Below are positions 26,914 to 36,500 of a stretch of 64,000 nt of DNA, piece by piece; positions within the stretch are counted from its first letter, which is position 1, and each line of letters starts with the position of its first letter. Made by a program: the position numbers and the translations under genes. The stretch is from an uncultured virus (IMG/VR IMGVR_UViG_3300005343_000007) (taxonomy: Duplodnaviria; Heunggongvirae; Uroviricota; Caudoviricetes): the IMG/VR virus record IMGVR_UViG_3300005343_000007, one strand, 5' to 3'. Under the pieces are notes generated by a model that saw only the letters and a list, made by a program, of their open reading frames with translations, was not told where the DNA came from and did no database searches.

Positions 26914-27759
26914 CGCCTGTTCGGGGCGGGCGAGTCCGGGGATTTGGTCGTCGTCTTCCTCGCGGAATTGCAGGGCGCGTTTTACTAGCGTGTATTCCAG
27001 CTTCATTTCCGCGTTGGTCGCCATTTCCTCCAGCTTCTTTTCCTCGAAAAACTTAATCATAGCCTTCAGTTGCGGCTTAACGAATTGATCGAGTGTTTTC
27101 CCGTGATACACAGGGCTCTTGACGAACTTGATGGCGTTCAGTTCGGTCGTCATCCAATCGGGAAGAGCGCCGTCTTTCTTGCGAACGGCTTCCTTTTTGA
27201 CGGGCGGTTTCTTCTCGGTGTACGCCGGTTCCGCGAGTTCGGGATCAAGCCCTTGGTCTTTGAGACGCTGGCGCTCTTTCTTGGTAATCGCATCGTCGGA
27301 ATAGCGATCATCGGGGGCAAGTTCGTGGGATTCGGCGTCGGGGTCTTTCTGCTCCTCCGTGGGGATGCAAAAGGCGGTAGTCAGTGCGTACTTTAGCGCG
27401 ATGGCGACGGACTTCGATTCCGACTTGTCGCCCGAATCCATGCCGCAGCCGATCATTTGCGATTCGACAGTTGACCCATCCTCCGCGATGAAGCTGTAGG
27501 TGACTTTGGAAACGGTGAAACGCATCTGCGTTCCCTTGTTGTTCGTGCGCTCCGTGGTCGCAGACTCGATGGCGCTGGCGATACAGAAAACTCCGTGTTT
27601 CGCAAACAGCCCGTGAAGCTCGTTCATCACGGCGTCAATGCTGCGGTAGTTGAATCCCTGCTGCTGGTTTCGGATGTCCTTTCCGATGGCCTCAACATCC
27701 CGAAGGATGCCAAGCATGGCGGAATAGATTTTGGGTCCGGTTTCTTTCGATGTGCTCAT
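26911..27759 (-). CDS. ERF-family single-strand annealing protein
   Basis: IGKD..NQQQGFNYRSID...GMDSGDK...ALKYAL...CIPT..DPD. Confidence 0.85.
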   Translation of the reverse strand: MSTSKETGPKIYSAMLGILRDVEAIGKDIRNQQQGFNYRSIDAVMNELHGLFAKHGVFCIASAIESATTERTNNKGTQMRFTVSKVTYSFIAEDGSTVESQMIGCGMDSGDKSESKSVAIALKYALTTAFCIPTEEQKDPDAESHELAPDDRYSDDAITKKERQRLKDQGLDPELAEPAYTEKKPPVKKEAVRKKDGALPDWMTTELNAIKFVKSPVYHGKTLDQFVKPQLKAMIKFFEEKKLEEMATNAEMKLEYTLVKRALQFREEDDDQIPGLARPEQA

Positions 27760-27763
27760 GGAT

Positions 27764-27955
27764 TTAAGAATTAACCAATTTTACCACCTTTTGTTTCCAC
27801 TCCGACATTTCCGAAACTTGCTTTTCCAGTTGCTCGATTCGTTGGCGATGGTCTTGATAGGTGCGTACTTCGATTTCAAGCTCTGCGATGCGCTGGGCCT
27901 TGTTGTCGTTGGCCTTGCGCAACTCGGCCACTTTAATTTGCAGCGTGTTCTTCAT
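27764..27955 (-). CDS. Small coiled-coil protein
   Basis: 63 aa with heptad pattern. Confidence 0.5.
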   Translation of the reverse strand: MKNTLQIKVAELRKANDNKAQRIAELEIEVRTYQDHRQRIEQLEKQVSEMSEWKQKVVKLVNS

Positions 27956-27973
27956 GGGTGCTCATGGATTTGG

Positions 27974-27995
27974 AAATTGACAAATTTGCTAATTA
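27974..27995. repeat. 22-bp palindromic site 15
   Basis: AAATTGACAAATTTGCTAATTA. Confidence 0.95.
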
Positions 27996-28778
27996 TTCGA
28001 GGGCGATGGAAGCGGGCACGGATCGAACGGCCACCTTCGTTACCTCCCTGATCTTGACGCCGGGGATTTCGATTTTCGCACCGCTGATTTGCTTGAATTC
28101 GATCAGGTTGCGTATGGCGCTTTTCTTCGGCTCCAGCTTCACGCAATCGGGATGCGCAGCGTAAAGTGCAGCCACGTCCAGAACGGTGAAATCGTAAGTT
28201 TGCCGCACCGAAGCGCCCTCGGCTTTCGGGGCTTCGATGACGCGATTGCTTTCGGCTTCGGCGCTCTCGATTTCGAGCTCGGCCCGCTGTTGCGCGAGTT
28301 CGGCCTGAAGCTTTAGGGCGGTCTGCCTTTGCTTTTCGGTGGTGGCTTCCATCGCCTTGCGGGAAGCCTCATCCTGCGCTTTCTGGATACGCAGAGCTTC
28401 CTGCTGCTCCGCAATCTGGCGCTTCAGACGTTCCGTGTTTTCAGCCTCCACGCGCCGCGCTTCCTGATTCTGGAAAGCGGCGATCAGCGTTTCCAGGCGG
28501 TTCACTTCGGCGTGCAGGGGCGAGCAGAAATCCACGGCCACGGAGTCGATCTGCTTCCCCCAATCGAGCAGTGGCGCTTTCACTTCCTTGCGGGATTGCT
28601 CCACGGATTTCATCAACCCCTTGGCGACGGCGACGGCGGCGATGGCTTGTTGCTGCGAGTGTTCGTCGATGACGATGGCAACCTTGCGCGTCTTCTGCAA
28701 GGCTTCCTCGCGGAGAGCCTGCCCGGTGGCGACAACCCGCACGTTATCAAGCCCTTGGAGTGCGATGTATTTGCTCAT
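27993..28778 (-). CDS. Coiled-coil phage protein (Gp157/Gam-like C-terminus)
   Basis: MSKYIAL...; C-terminal EIPGVKI motif. Confidence 0.6.
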   Translation of the reverse strand: MSKYIALQGLDNVRVVATGQALREEALQKTRKVAIVIDEHSQQQAIAAVAVAKGLMKSVEQSRKEVKAPLLDWGKQIDSVAVDFCSPLHAEVNRLETLIAAFQNQEARRVEAENTERLKRQIAEQQEALRIQKAQDEASRKAMEATTEKQRQTALKLQAELAQQRAELEIESAEAESNRVIEAPKAEGASVRQTYDFTVLDVAALYAAHPDCVKLEPKKSAIRNLIEFKQISGAKIEIPGVKIREVTKVAVRSVPASIALE

Positions 28779-28891
28779 TTCCGGCGAATCTCTCGGTTGA
28801 TTTTTGCGCAATCCTTGTTCCACTGCTCGCGCCCCTTTTGCTCCTTGGTCTTGGGGTTGCGCGTGCGGCGCGTTTTGATTTGTTTGCTCAT
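28775..28891 (-). CDS. 38-aa basic peptide
   Basis: MSKQIKTRRTRNPKTKEQKGREQWNKDCAKINREIRRK; promoter TTGACG-17-TAAAAC at 28902-28930; ATGA-coupled to the next gene. Confidence 0.5.
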   Translation of the reverse strand: MSKQIKTRRTRNPKTKEQKGREQWNKDCAKINREIRRK

Positions 28892-28934
28892 GGTGTTTTC
28901 GGTTTTATTCGAACGATGGGATTCCGTCAAACGA

Positions 28935-28956
28935 TAAATGCAAAATCTGCTAATTA
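28935..28956. repeat. 22-bp palindromic site 16
   Basis: TAAATGCAAAATCTGCTAATTA. Confidence 0.8.
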
Positions 28957-29454
28957 TTCTACGCCGTTCACCGCGTCCCGAATTTCACTCCACGCCTGCT
29001 CGCGCCATTCCTCTTCGTATTCCTCGGCGGATTGCTCTTCCGATTTGTTCTCAGGATCAAAAGAGCAATCCACGTTCTCAAGCTCGGAGATGGCGTTTTC
29101 CAGCGAGTCAATGCGGGTTTGCAGCATTTCGCCGGAGGATGAGGACTCGCGGAGTTGATCGGGCATGGAATCCAGCCGCTCTTGCTGCTCATCCAAGAAC
29201 CCTTGCAGTTCGTCGCGTAGGTTGTCACGCTCCCCCTCCATATCGGCAGCGGTGGGAGTCTCTCCCATGCCGTCCTGAAGATCGTACAGCGCGGAGAGGT
29301 AGGCCGATTGGGTGAGTTGCGAGCGTGGAGGGCGGGTCTTGCTCGTGTGCTTACCCCCGTGGCGGAACTTCCACCAGAAGTATGATTCCCCCGCCTTAAT
29401 GTCCGTATTCGGAACGTCTTTGCGGGCCTTTTTAACAAAGTTGAGTCTGGGCAT
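28954..29454 (-). CDS. Hypothetical protein (basic N-terminus, acidic helical C-terminus)
   Basis: VKKARKD...IKAGESYFWWKFR...PPRSQLTQS. Confidence 0.7.
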   Translation of the reverse strand: MPRLNFVKKARKDVPNTDIKAGESYFWWKFRHGGKHTSKTRPPRSQLTQSAYLSALYDLQDGMGETPTAADMEGERDNLRDELQGFLDEQQERLDSMPDQLRESSSSGEMLQTRIDSLENAISELENVDCSFDPENKSEEQSAEEYEEEWREQAWSEIRDAVNGVE

Positions 29455-29464
29455 GGGATCGGAG

Positions 29465-29486
29465 AAATTGACAAATTTTCTAATTA
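29465..29486. repeat. 22-bp palindromic site 17
   Basis: AAATTGACAAATTTTCTAATTA. Confidence 0.9.
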
Positions 29487-29720
29487 TTTCCGCCCCAGCG
29501 CGGCCAGCTTGGCGACGATCATTTCATCCGCAATGCGGTCCTGCGTCTCCCATCGTGAGAGGGTTTTGGCGAGAAGCACCTTGGCGGCTCCTATGCCTGC
29601 GTCGTTGGTCCCCTCCTCCATCTGAATGCGAGATAGGGTTTCGATCACGCGGCGGATGCGCCGGTATTTGCCGCCATTCTGCTTGGGGCGAAGCGTTTCG
29701 GATTTGGTGGGGTTGCTCAT
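29484..29720 (-). CDS. Hypothetical protein
   Basis: 78 aa, CCATGAGC start. Confidence 0.55.
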   Translation of the reverse strand: MSNPTKSETLRPKQNGGKYRRIRRVIETLSRIQMEEGTNDAGIGAAKVLLAKTLSRWETQDRIADEMIVAKLAALGRK

Positions 29721-29911
29721 GGTGAAATTTGGGGTTGGTCGTTTGGCCTATTCTCTCCACCAATACTCCCCGTCCTCAGACCGATACCGCTCGCCAACCG
29801 TATCGCCGTACATGACGAACGCCACACGGTTGGACTCAAACCAAATGGACGGAATTGCCTTGGCGATTTCCGCTCGTGAATAGTAGAAGGCTTTCATTTT
29901 CTCCTAGGGGT

Positions 29912-30223
29912 TCAGAAGCTACAGCACCCGCAGCACGGCGCATCCTCGCAACGGCCCCGCGAGTTTTGCGAGTAGGTTCCGTATGCGGTGCGAACGACCG
30001 TCAAGCCACTCCGCGCCAAGCGGCGATCATTGGCGAGCGTTCCGCGCTCGAATCCCGCCGCCTCGTCTTCGTCCACCATCTCCTCATCTTCGCCATCTCC
30101 GATGCACTTTTCGCACGAGACGCCCTGGCTGCGTCCGTGGTATTGAATGGTTTCGCCGCGCGAGATGCGGGAATGGCAATCGCGGCAGGTTCCGGGGAAT
30201 TTGGATTTCATTAGTTTGCTCAT
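29912..30223 (-). CDS. Cys-rich hypothetical protein
   Basis: KFPGTCRDC...GRCEDAPCCGCC; promoter TTGCGT-17-CATTCT at 30233-30261. Confidence 0.7.
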   Translation of the reverse strand: MSKLMKSKFPGTCRDCHSRISRGETIQYHGRSQGVSCEKCIGDGEDEEMVDEDEAAGFERGTLANDRRLARSGLTVVRTAYGTYSQNSRGRCEDAPCCGCCSF

Positions 30224-30274
30224 GGCGGTTGGAGAATGCCGCAAGCGTTGGATTCACGCAACAACTTTTTTCAA

Positions 30275-30640
30275 TTATTTTTGCGAGCGCCCAAATTCCA
30301 CCGGCCCCGCCAGCCATCCAAGCTCACGCGCTCGGTTCGAATTCGCGTGAATCCAATTGTGATGATCGCGACAAACCGCAGTGAAATACCGTGTATCAAA
30401 AAGCATCTCGCCAGCCCTGCCGTGGCGATGGTGAAGGTCTGATGACTGCGAGAATGGACCTGATCCAGCCTTCAGGCAAACCTCGCAAATCGGATGCGCC
30501 GCCAGATACGCATTTTTCACCCGCGCATAGACCGCATTCTGAATCCGGCGCTTGTCCGAAACGGGCTTGATTTTGGCGTACCGCTTCAGTTCCTTTTTCC
30601 GCCGCAGGGGCGTCTTACGCTTTAGGCTGCTTTTTCGCAC
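30275..30640 (-). CDS. HNH-type nuclease with zinc finger
   Basis: CEVC...DLHHRHGR...VCRDHHNWIH. Confidence 0.7.
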   Translation of the reverse strand: MRKSSLKRKTPLRRKKELKRYAKIKPVSDKRRIQNAVYARVKNAYLAAHPICEVCLKAGSGPFSQSSDLHHRHGRAGEMLFDTRYFTAVCRDHHNWIHANSNRARELGWLAGPVEFGRSQK

Positions 30641-30755
30641 GCGCGAGCCTCTTGATTGCGGCCACCGCCTTCTTTTGGTTGCGGCGCGCGGCCTCGATCT
30701 TCTTCGGGGTGCGCGCGCGTCCCATCATGCGGGCTGCTTCGGAAACTTTGTTCAT

Positions 30756-30772
30756 TGGCTTGGTTTGTGCTT
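30756..30772 (+). promoter_or_regulatory. Sigma-54-like -24/-12 element (antisense)
   Basis: TGGCTTGGTTTGTGCTT. Confidence 0.5.
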
Positions 30773-30777
30773 CACGA

Positions 30778-30799
30778 TAATTGACAAATTTGCTAATTA
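30778..30799. repeat. 22-bp palindromic site 18
   Basis: TAATTGACAAATTTGCTAATTA. Confidence 0.95.
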
Positions 30800-30803
30800 T
30801 TAT

Positions 30804-31832
30804 TTACGCGTTTTCCGTGACTTCCTCCGCTTCCTCCGTCTCGAAAGATGGCGCTTCCAAGGGCTCCGAATCGTGGAAAAGAAGTTCTTCCTGCTCGGCC
30901 TGCGGGATGAGCGCGAGGGGCAGATTCTTCTTCATCTGCTTGTAGTAGGCGGGCTTCAGTTCAGCCGCAATCGCGCGGCGTCCATTCACCACAGCCCCGA
31001 ACGGCTCCGATCCGACCCCGCCGAAGGGCGAGAACACGATTTCGCCAGGGTTGCTCCAGAGGATCACGCAACGCTCGATCACGTCCAGTTGCAGCGGGTG
31101 GACGTGGCGTTCGTCCTCGGGGTCGCGGGATTCCTTGTAGGGCAACACGCGATCAATGCGAATATCGTCCCAGATGGAAGAAGCGTATTGCCTCCAAATC
31201 CAATGGGAGAAGCGGTTCTCGGTCTGCTTGCCGGTATAGCCTCGGAACTTGAGCAGTTCATGCGGCACCTTGCGCGCTCCCGCGTAACCCATGAGCCCAT
31301 TTGGATGCGTGACGGGGATCTTGTTCTTCCCCTTCTTGCGAAATGGAATCAGGTAATCTGCCCCCGCGACGTTTGCCAAGGTGGAGTCCTCCACGATGGT
31401 CCGATGGGCCAGGGATTTCGCCATGGTACGGTTGCGCACGGCGAGCGGTTCCTTCCAGATGCAAATGCGGGGCAGCATCTCAAACCCGTGCTTTTCGTGA
31501 AGCTTGATGATGTCTCCGGGGAAATCGGTGTAACCGCAGATGTTGGCCCCATCCTTGGGGGTATCCATGCAATGAACGGCGGTCAGCCTGCCCGGCTTGG
31601 TAAGGCGGGCGATTTCCTGCACCACGAATTCGTAATGCGCGAAAAACTCTTCGTAGCTCCGGCAGTTGGAAAGGTCGCGCTCGGAACTTGAGTAGTTATA
31701 CAACCCGCAGAACGGCGGGGAGTAAATCGAAAGATCGATGGACTCTTTTGGCATCGCCCCCATGACGGAGATACAGTCTCCATTGTAGAGGGCGAACTTA
31801 TCGGTGATTTCTTGATCGATTACTAGGCTCAT
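30804..31832 (-). CDS. DNA N4-C/N6-A methyltransferase (beta class)
   Basis: IYSPPF catalytic motif precedes the SAM motif FSPFGGVGS. Confidence 0.9.
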   Translation of the reverse strand: MSLVIDQEITDKFALYNGDCISVMGAMPKESIDLSIYSPPFCGLYNYSSSERDLSNCRSYEEFFAHYEFVVQEIARLTKPGRLTAVHCMDTPKDGANICGYTDFPGDIIKLHEKHGFEMLPRICIWKEPLAVRNRTMAKSLAHRTIVEDSTLANVAGADYLIPFRKKGKNKIPVTHPNGLMGYAGARKVPHELLKFRGYTGKQTENRFSHWIWRQYASSIWDDIRIDRVLPYKESRDPEDERHVHPLQLDVIERCVILWSNPGEIVFSPFGGVGSEPFGAVVNGRRAIAAELKPAYYKQMKKNLPLALIPQAEQEELLFHDSEPLEAPSFETEEAEEVTENA

Positions 31833-31863
31833 GGATTTGGTGTGTTTCTAAAGTATAGCTATT

Positions 31864-33249
31864 TCAAATCCACTTGGGAAGCGCGGCCTTCTTGGTAAAT
31901 GGATTGGCTTTTTCGATCTTAAGCTCGTTGCACATAAGGGCTACGAGCATGGAAAACATCTCTTCCGCCGCGCGCGCCTTGCGTTGCAGGTTCTTCAAAA
32001 CGATTTCCTCGCCCTTGGATGTTACCACGTCAATCGTCACGGGGTTTTTCTGGCCGAAGCGCCAGGACCGGCGAATCGCCTGATACCATTGCTCAAAGCT
32101 ATGCGTGGGGAAAAAGGTCTGGTGGGCGCAATGCTGAAAGTTCAGCCCAAACCCACAGGCGGAAGGCTTGCCGATCAGCACGCGGGTTTTACGATCCACG
32201 AAATCACAAAGTATTTCCTCGCGCTCCTCATCTGTCTGACCGCGCGCGCCCGTAACTTGCCGTGAATCGGGAATCAGCTTTTCCAGCAAATCCCCTTCGT
32301 CGTTTAGGTTGCACCATGCGATCACTGGTCCCTCGCTGGCGTTGATTAGCTCGGCGGCTTTCTCGCACCGATAATCCAAGGTGGCGCGGCGTTCCTGCCG
32401 TTGCTCGGAAAGGTTTTGCGCGATGATCGGAAATAGTTCCCCGCTGGGGATAATCTCCATATTAATGACGTGATTGACAATATTCAGCGGTGGCAGATCA
32501 AACCCCGCGTCCTCAAATCCCAAGTCCGAAGGTTTGCGCACGGCCCGCGCCCATGAGCAAACCCAGCGCCAGAAGTCCCGTTCGGCGTGACCGCGAAAGC
32601 GAAACTTGTCTCCCTTGATTGCCCGCGTGTGGTGCATGGGATGCAGGCTGCCGTTGTTGGCCTTGAAGAACTTGCCGAGCATATCCATGTAGCCCATATC
32701 ACCCACGGCTTCGCTCGATGTACCTAGCTCGATATAATCATTTGGCGCGGCGCAGGCGGTGGCAAGCAGCCTGTATGGCAGAGTGCGCATAAACTCCGTG
32801 ATCGCCGCCTTGGTCTTGCCGTCGAAGTTCTTCAGGATTCCGCTTTCATCGCACACCACGGCCACGAAGTCTGACGGGCTGAATTTGTCCAACTGTTCGT
32901 AGTTCGTCACCACGATTTTACTCCCGTTCAATTTCCCGTCGCGGCATACATGGCACTCGATGCCAAACTTTTCTCCCTCGCGGGCGATTTGATGAGAGAC
33001 AGACAGGGGCGCTAAAACCAAAACTCGCCCGTTCGTTTTGCGCACCACGTTTTCCGCCCAAACCAATTGCATTGGCGATTTTCCGAGGCCGCAATCAGCG
33101 AAGATGGCCGAGCGTCCTTTCCTCACCGCCCAATCCACCAGCGCGGCCTGAAACGGGAAGAGAAAATCTGGCATCCAGATAGGATCGAATCCATGGAATC
33201 CACCCAACTGCGTCTTCTCCTGTAGAAATCCTTCGTAGCTATGGCTCAT
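31864..33249 (-). CDS. SNF2-like SF2 helicase
   Basis: DCGLGKS, CDESG, GFGLNFQ, QAIRRSWRFGQ. Confidence 0.88.
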   Translation of the reverse strand: MSHSYEGFLQEKTQLGGFHGFDPIWMPDFLFPFQAALVDWAVRKGRSAIFADCGLGKSPMQLVWAENVVRKTNGRVLVLAPLSVSHQIAREGEKFGIECHVCRDGKLNGSKIVVTNYEQLDKFSPSDFVAVVCDESGILKNFDGKTKAAITEFMRTLPYRLLATACAAPNDYIELGTSSEAVGDMGYMDMLGKFFKANNGSLHPMHHTRAIKGDKFRFRGHAERDFWRWVCSWARAVRKPSDLGFEDAGFDLPPLNIVNHVINMEIIPSGELFPIIAQNLSEQRQERRATLDYRCEKAAELINASEGPVIAWCNLNDEGDLLEKLIPDSRQVTGARGQTDEEREEILCDFVDRKTRVLIGKPSACGFGLNFQHCAHQTFFPTHSFEQWYQAIRRSWRFGQKNPVTIDVVTSKGEEIVLKNLQRKARAAEEMFSMLVALMCNELKIEKANPFTKKAALPKWI

Positions 33250-33270
33250 AATTAGCAAATTTGTCAATTA
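33249..33270. repeat. 22-bp palindromic site 19
   Basis: TAATTAGCAAATTTGTCAATTA; stop-to-ATG junction. Confidence 0.95.
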
Positions 33271-33516
33271 TGCCTTCCGACGCGATCCCGTGGTGAATCG
33301 TTCCTCAAGCCACCCACGAAAAACTCCACCGCCATCCGTTACCTTCCACGCCTTAGAGTGGAATAATGCCCTCGTTTCCTCTTCCTCGGAAAGCTCAATC
33401 TCTCCCTCGCAGTTGATATTCTCTAAAGCTGACGCGCGGGAAGTCCATCCGCATGGGGTTGATCCACGGGGATCGAATGATCTAAACTTCTTATCTTCAG
33501 GGATTGCTTTGCTCAT
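33268..33516 (-). CDS. Hypothetical protein
   Basis: 82 aa; promoter TTGCGG-17-TAAAAG at 33526-33554. Confidence 0.6.
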   Translation of the reverse strand: MSKAIPEDKKFRSFDPRGSTPCGWTSRASALENINCEGEIELSEEEETRALFHSKAWKVTDGGGVFRGWLEERFTTGSRRKA

Positions 33517-33564
33517 GGTTCACCCCTTTTACATTCCAACGATGGAATCCGCAAGCCTTTTTCT

Positions 33565-36500
33565 TTACCGCGCGAGCGAAAGCCCCGCCAGCGGCCCTTT
33601 CTCCTCTTTGGCTACATCGTCCCGCCTGAGGCCGGAAAGTGGCGCTACGGGCAACCTGAGGCGTTCTACGGGTGGTTTGGGAGGGTTGATCGCGGGCGCT
33701 TCGCCCTTTCCTTCCGGCAGGAACATCGGCTGTCCTTGCATGACTGCTTCACGCATTTCAGGGGTGATCGTGACGCTCCAAACGGAAGTTGATATATCTC
33801 TTTCGCGAGGCTGCTCCACAATGTCTCCACCGTAGTATTCAAGGCTGGATTTGAGCCTGCTTTCCGCCTCTGCTCTGGTGTTGTATTGCGGCCCCGCCAC
33901 TCCGAATCTATCTCTTACCACGAACTTCTCGGGAGATCCCTTTGCCTGCATTACATTTCCTTCCTCGACTTTCCCTCCCCATTTCTTGACATACTTCCGC
34001 ACGAAGTCAGGGAGGATTTTGTCGTAAAACCCTTTCATCCCCTCGCCGCCAACTTTCAAATCCACGCCAGAAAACGATTGAACGGATGTATCTTCCGCAA
34101 GCAAGTCGTTGAATTTCCTGCGAGCCTCCTTGAATGCAATTTCGCTTTCGTTGCTGCCGTCATCGCGCCACTTTTTCCTAGCTTCATCATACTCCTCCTT
34201 GGCGTCCAAGATTTGCTCCTTGGTTGGCCGTGGTGGGCGATTGATGATCTTTTCGGCCAATTCCTTGCCTAGTACATCTGGAAGCTTTTCCGCCGCGTAG
34301 GTTTCCTTAAAATACTCACCGCCCTTGCCACGGGCTTCGATCACATACTTTCCATCCCCAAGATTCTCGGCATCGATGGTTTCGTAAACTTTGCTTAGAT
34401 CGTAGCGTTCGGCCTGCTTTTCACCGGGCGTCCAGGCAATCACCTCGGCCCCGTCTTCTACTGCTTGGCGTAGGGCTCGCTTGAAGGCTAGTTCTGCCCA
34501 AGTCTTTTTGAAGGGGGCGTCTGGCACGCCTTTTTCTTTATAATCACGCTCAAAGAACCGCTTGGCATATTCATCGCTGCCACGATGAGACTCTATCGGG
34601 AAATAGTTGCTCTCTACCTCTCCGCGCTCGTTCTTCAAAACAAAGTGATCATCTGTCAGCTTTTCAATCTTGTATCCATCTGGAATCCCGTCACTCGCAT
34701 ACCCCTCTTTCCGCCCCTTCTGATGCCAATCAGATTGAATCTCCTCAATCAAGCGGACCTTTCTCCCTTGTGTGTCTACGTGGTCTGCTTGTCTGATGTG
34801 GGCGAGCACGTTGGGTTCGTCCCAATGGGAGGATTTGAAACCTTCCTTTGGCGAGTACGCTCTGTGCCACTGCCGCAGGGTTTCTTCGTTAGTAATGCCT
34901 TCTTTAGCTTTCTCGGCTTTGAACTGATCGAAGCTCATCGGCCTACTTGGCAGCGTCAAAAGCACTTCCTTGTAGTTCGTTCCTCCGGGGAGTTGGTATT
35001 GAGAGAATTTGGGTGGCTCAACTTTTCCACTCCCGCTCTCTCCGGTAACTATTCCAGACAGCTCCTTGGCCTTCGGGATATATTGCTCCAATTCTTTCGG
35101 AATATCAGCAGGCTTTCCGGTGTATGGGTCCGTAACCGTTATGTCATCCCACGACTTCCCGACCCCTAATCGAAATTCTTTTTCGCGAAACTTATCGGCA
35201 ATATCCTGAAAATCCTTAGTCGCTTTCTTGCGAATATCCATTCCCTTCGCAACTTCCACGAGTTGCACCCCGCCTGCCTTCACGAAGTCCTGAAGCTCCT
35301 GCTTGGTGACAGGGCCATCTTTGGTCTTCAGGAATTCCGCCAAACCTAGCATGTCGATTTCCTCTTCTCGGATTCCCTCTTGCTTGCCTTGAAACTTTAC
35401 TCTGCCACCCTCTTTGCTCGCGAGAGCATCCGCCCCATCTTTATTTAAGAGAGAAAACTTCCCGAGAGTCTGCACCTTATCCTTACCGTTTTCGTCCTTC
35501 GTGACCTTTTCAACGATGTACTCCCCGAGTGAGCCCGCGATTTGATCGGCGCTGGCGCGGTTGGGGATCTTCTCTTTGACGATCTTTCCCAAGCCGGAGT
35601 AGAAGCCTAGCTTGTCTGTTTCTTCGGGGAGGAAGCGGATGTCTGGATTCGTGGGATCGAATGCGCCCGTGTTTTCGGTTGCGCTTTTGATTTGAGTAGG
35701 ATCAAAGGCGATTACCGCTCTATCACCCTCTTTTCCCTCACCTACATTCTCGTAAATTATCCCGTCGTACCCCTTGGACTTCAAGGCGTCAACGATGATT
35801 TGATCGCGCTTCGGGCTGTTATATTTCTCGCTCAGATTCTCTGGAATGTTAAGGCCCGTTTTGTCGTTTATCTCTCGAATTACCACATCCCGAGTCCATC
35901 CACCCCTGTCCTTTAATTCGAGGGGATTCTTAACGGATACATACACCTCCATGACTCCGCCTTTTTCCTTTCTCCTACCCAGCCTTCCAGAAGCCTGCCG
36001 CTTGGTCAGTCCAAAATGGAACCCAAGCGAATCACGCACGAATCTATTGTTGAAAGCGTTAAACTTATTTGGCGTCCCGTGATAGACAATTAATGGATCG
36101 CCCTTTTTGTCTACAATCTTGGAATCCCCAAACCATTCCTTGAATTCCTTGGAATTGGTTGCGCCAGCCTCCTCGGGTAGAAACCCGGCTGCCGTGAACT
36201 TGGCGTTTGGCGTCCCTTCGCTCACAATCTCGCCACGGTTCACGTCGAATCCCGATGGGCGAACGGTTATATCTGCTTCGTTCGGATCGCTCCTGATTTC
36301 GGTAATTAGGTCGGGTCGAAGCTGCTCGATTACGGGCTCCAAAACATTCTCGGGCTCAAAACCATTCTTCACCAAGGCATCGCGCAAGGGATTCGTTTCG
36401 CCTGTCTCGGGGTTTACATAGCCTTCATTCTCTCCCGCGAGGGCTTGGGCTTCCTGTTCTTGCGCGCGGGCTTTCTCAGTTAGCTCGGAGGGCTTGCGTG

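Noticed and set aside
25813..31691. Long plus-strand ORFs (25813-26844, 30552-31691) and similar ones elsewhere
   Set aside because: Antisense shadows of codon-biased minus-strand genes that have clear family motifs
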